Source: Octopus sinensis
Lineage: Eukaryota
Length of the DNA stretch: 64,000 nucleotides
Assembly: GCF_006345805.1 (NCBI RefSeq)
Contig: NC_042998.1
Coordinates: forward strand, 189,410,001-189,474,000
Direction: 5' to 3'
In this document: piece after piece, positions 61,911 through 64,000 of the stretch
Position numbering within the stretch: the stretch's first letter is position 1
Layout: each line of letters starts with the position of its first letter
Position numbers and translations under genes: made by a program
The notes under the pieces: model-generated
The model's database searches: none
What the model was told of the DNA's origin: nothing
What the model saw: the letters and a program-made list of their open reading frames with translations, nothing else

Positions 61911-62127
61911 GCATGTATGTATGTATGTATAAAAAAAGAAAAGGAAAACAGACATTGGGAAGTTAGTAATTGTTTATTATTAACAACAAATTAGTCATCA
62001 TCTCTTACAGCTGTTTCAATTAATACTCAGTGAATTAATTAAATTTGTTAATAATAAACAATTATTAACTTCCCAATCTCCATTTCTTTTTCTTTTTTTG
62101 TATGAATATAAACTATATGGTTTTATA

Positions 62128-63411
62128 CGAGGGACGTTCAATAAGTAATGCTCCTGACCCACTTGCAGTTGTTTGATCTAGCTGAAATTTTGCATGTGCA
62201 ATTATTGATATCTCTATAAATTAAGTGGCAAATTACAGCTCTGGACTAATTGCGGTTTCTGATTTACAGGTGATTGAACTGAGTCAAGTATGAAATGGAG
62301 CCTGTTGAGTGTCGAGCAATGATCTGGTTTTTGTATTTGAAAGGACGCACACCACGGAAGACTTTTGATGAAATAAAAGTAACTTATGGTGATGATGCCC
62401 CATCATATGACCTTGTAAAACGCTGGCATCGTGAATTCAAACATGGTCGGAACTTTGTGGAAACAGCTCACAAATCTGGTCGCCGCCTTCTGCCTTTGAT
62501 GAGGCATCTGTCCGTCAAGTTGAGGCTGCCATTTTGGAAGATCGACGCATAACTATTCGCCAAATAGCCCATGAGGTCAAGATTAGTACTGGGTCTGTGG
62601 AAACTATCATTCATGACCATTTGGATATGCAAAAGGTGTCTGCAAGATGGATTCCCAGGTTGCTCACACCTTTCCAGAAGCAAGAACGCGTCGAGTGCAC
62701 GAGGATGAATTTGGAGATGTGCCAAGAAGATGAGTCAAAATTTTTTAAAAGACTGATTACACAGGATAAAACCTGGGTCCATCACTATGATCCAGAGGCC
62801 AAAGCCCAGTCAATGCTGTGGAAGCACCATGACTCACCTCCTCCAAAGAAGGCAAGAGTGCAGCCCTCCGCTGGCAAGGTCATGCTCACAGTCTTCTGGG
62901 ACCAGGACGAAGTAGTGATGACAGATTTCCTGGCAAAGGGTACCACAATTACAGGAGCCTATTATGCTTCACTTTTGAGGAAATTAAGAGAAGCTATCAA
63001 AATCAAGAGGCGGGGCAAGATCAGCAAAGGCATCCTCCTCCTGCAGGACAATGCTCTGGTCCACAACCTGCTTGTCGCCAGATCAGAAGCACAGGTGTGC
63101 GGCTATGAACTCCACCCCCTACTCTCCTGACCTTGCACCCTCTGATTTTCACCTCTTCCCAGCCATGAAGTTGTTTTTGAAAGGAAAGCATTTCCCAGAT
63201 GATGCAGCCTTGATTTCTGAAGTCACGTCGTGGTTGGAGGACCAAGCTGGGGTCTTCTACAAAAACAGTCTCCAGAGCTGCATCAAACGATGGGAGAAAT
63301 GTGTAACTCTGGGTGTTTCCCATGTAGACAAAGACTAATAACTGTGCCAGGTTTCGTTGCTCTACTGCTATAGGAAGTGGGTCAGGGGCATTACTTATTG
63401 AACGCCCCTCG
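62128..63411 (+). mobile_element. Full-length mariner (DD34D) transposon, 1284 bp
   Basis: TA flanks, TIR cgagggrcgttcaataagtaatgcycctgacccactt. Confidence 0.95.
62295..63338 (+). pseudogene. Mariner transposase with two frameshifts (~62490 and ~63110)
   Basis: WIPRLL, ITQDKTW, LLQDNA and YSPDLAPSDFHLF spread across three ORFs. Confidence 0.93.
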
Positions 63412-63529
63412 TATATATACCTATTATTTTTAAGGAAATCAATTACCCCAAAATATTAGGTATTGAATCAATATTTTCTTAGATGACACCATCCGTTCAT
63501 GAGGCTAACATAACCTCCAATCAAGAACA

Positions 63530-63632
63530 TATATATATATATACACACACACACACATACATATGCATATACATACATATTACATATATATATATACACA
63601 CATATATGCATATATATATATATACACATATA

Positions 63633-63688
<56 letters not shown>

Positions 63689-63780
63689 TATACATATGCA
63701 TATATACACACACACATACATATATAAATATGCATATAAATACATATATATACACATACATGCATGCATACATACATACA
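63530..63780. repeat. Compound (TA)n/(CA)n microsatellite
   Basis: Seen directly. Confidence 0.95.
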
Positions 63781-64000
63781 AACTGAACCACAAAAGAAAC
63801 ATCACACACATACTAAATAGAGACCGGTTTATTAACAGACTGCTGTAGCATTGATTGAAGAGTTCTAATTAAGAAACCGTCCTTTCCTAATGATAAAACA
63901 TCATTTCTTGAAACATGTTTGACGTCACATGGTGTCATGTGATGACGGAGTGTCCTGGATCCAAAGAGATGAATTCAGTATCTTGTCACCACTTGCAGCT

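Noticed and set aside
63468-63848. YIYI/HTHT-type ORFs here and elsewhere
   Set aside because: Microsatellite translations.

Overview
AT-rich, repeat-dense animal genomic DNA. The SINE/LINE repertoire suggests an octopod cephalopod; this is an inference from recalled repeat families. One host gene is well supported: the DEAD-box RNA helicase DDX10/DBP4 on the minus strand. It has 12 coding exons from the ATG at 24019 to 2717 (474 codons, all introns GT-AG, reading phases consistent) and continues past the left edge. The ~40 kb upstream has no recognisable host CDS. It is a patchwork of 5'-truncated RTE LINE 3' ends with (ATG)n tails, tRNA-derived SINEs, CR1 and other LINE fragments, Penelope-like remnants with hammerhead motifs, Helitrons, MITEs, a decayed Tc1 with an intron, a near-intact mariner and a probable Academ relic. 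The most striking features are: many fold-back, inverted or templated local duplications at retroelement junctions; hammerhead motifs; a twin-primed RTE insertion; arrays of a hairpin/pseudoknot motif in RTE 3' UTRs; and a TTAGGG-carrying MITE. Most ORFs in the supplied track are repeat or microsatellite artefacts. All alignments were done by eye, so repeat boundaries are approximate. No new biological system can be claimed as demonstrated.
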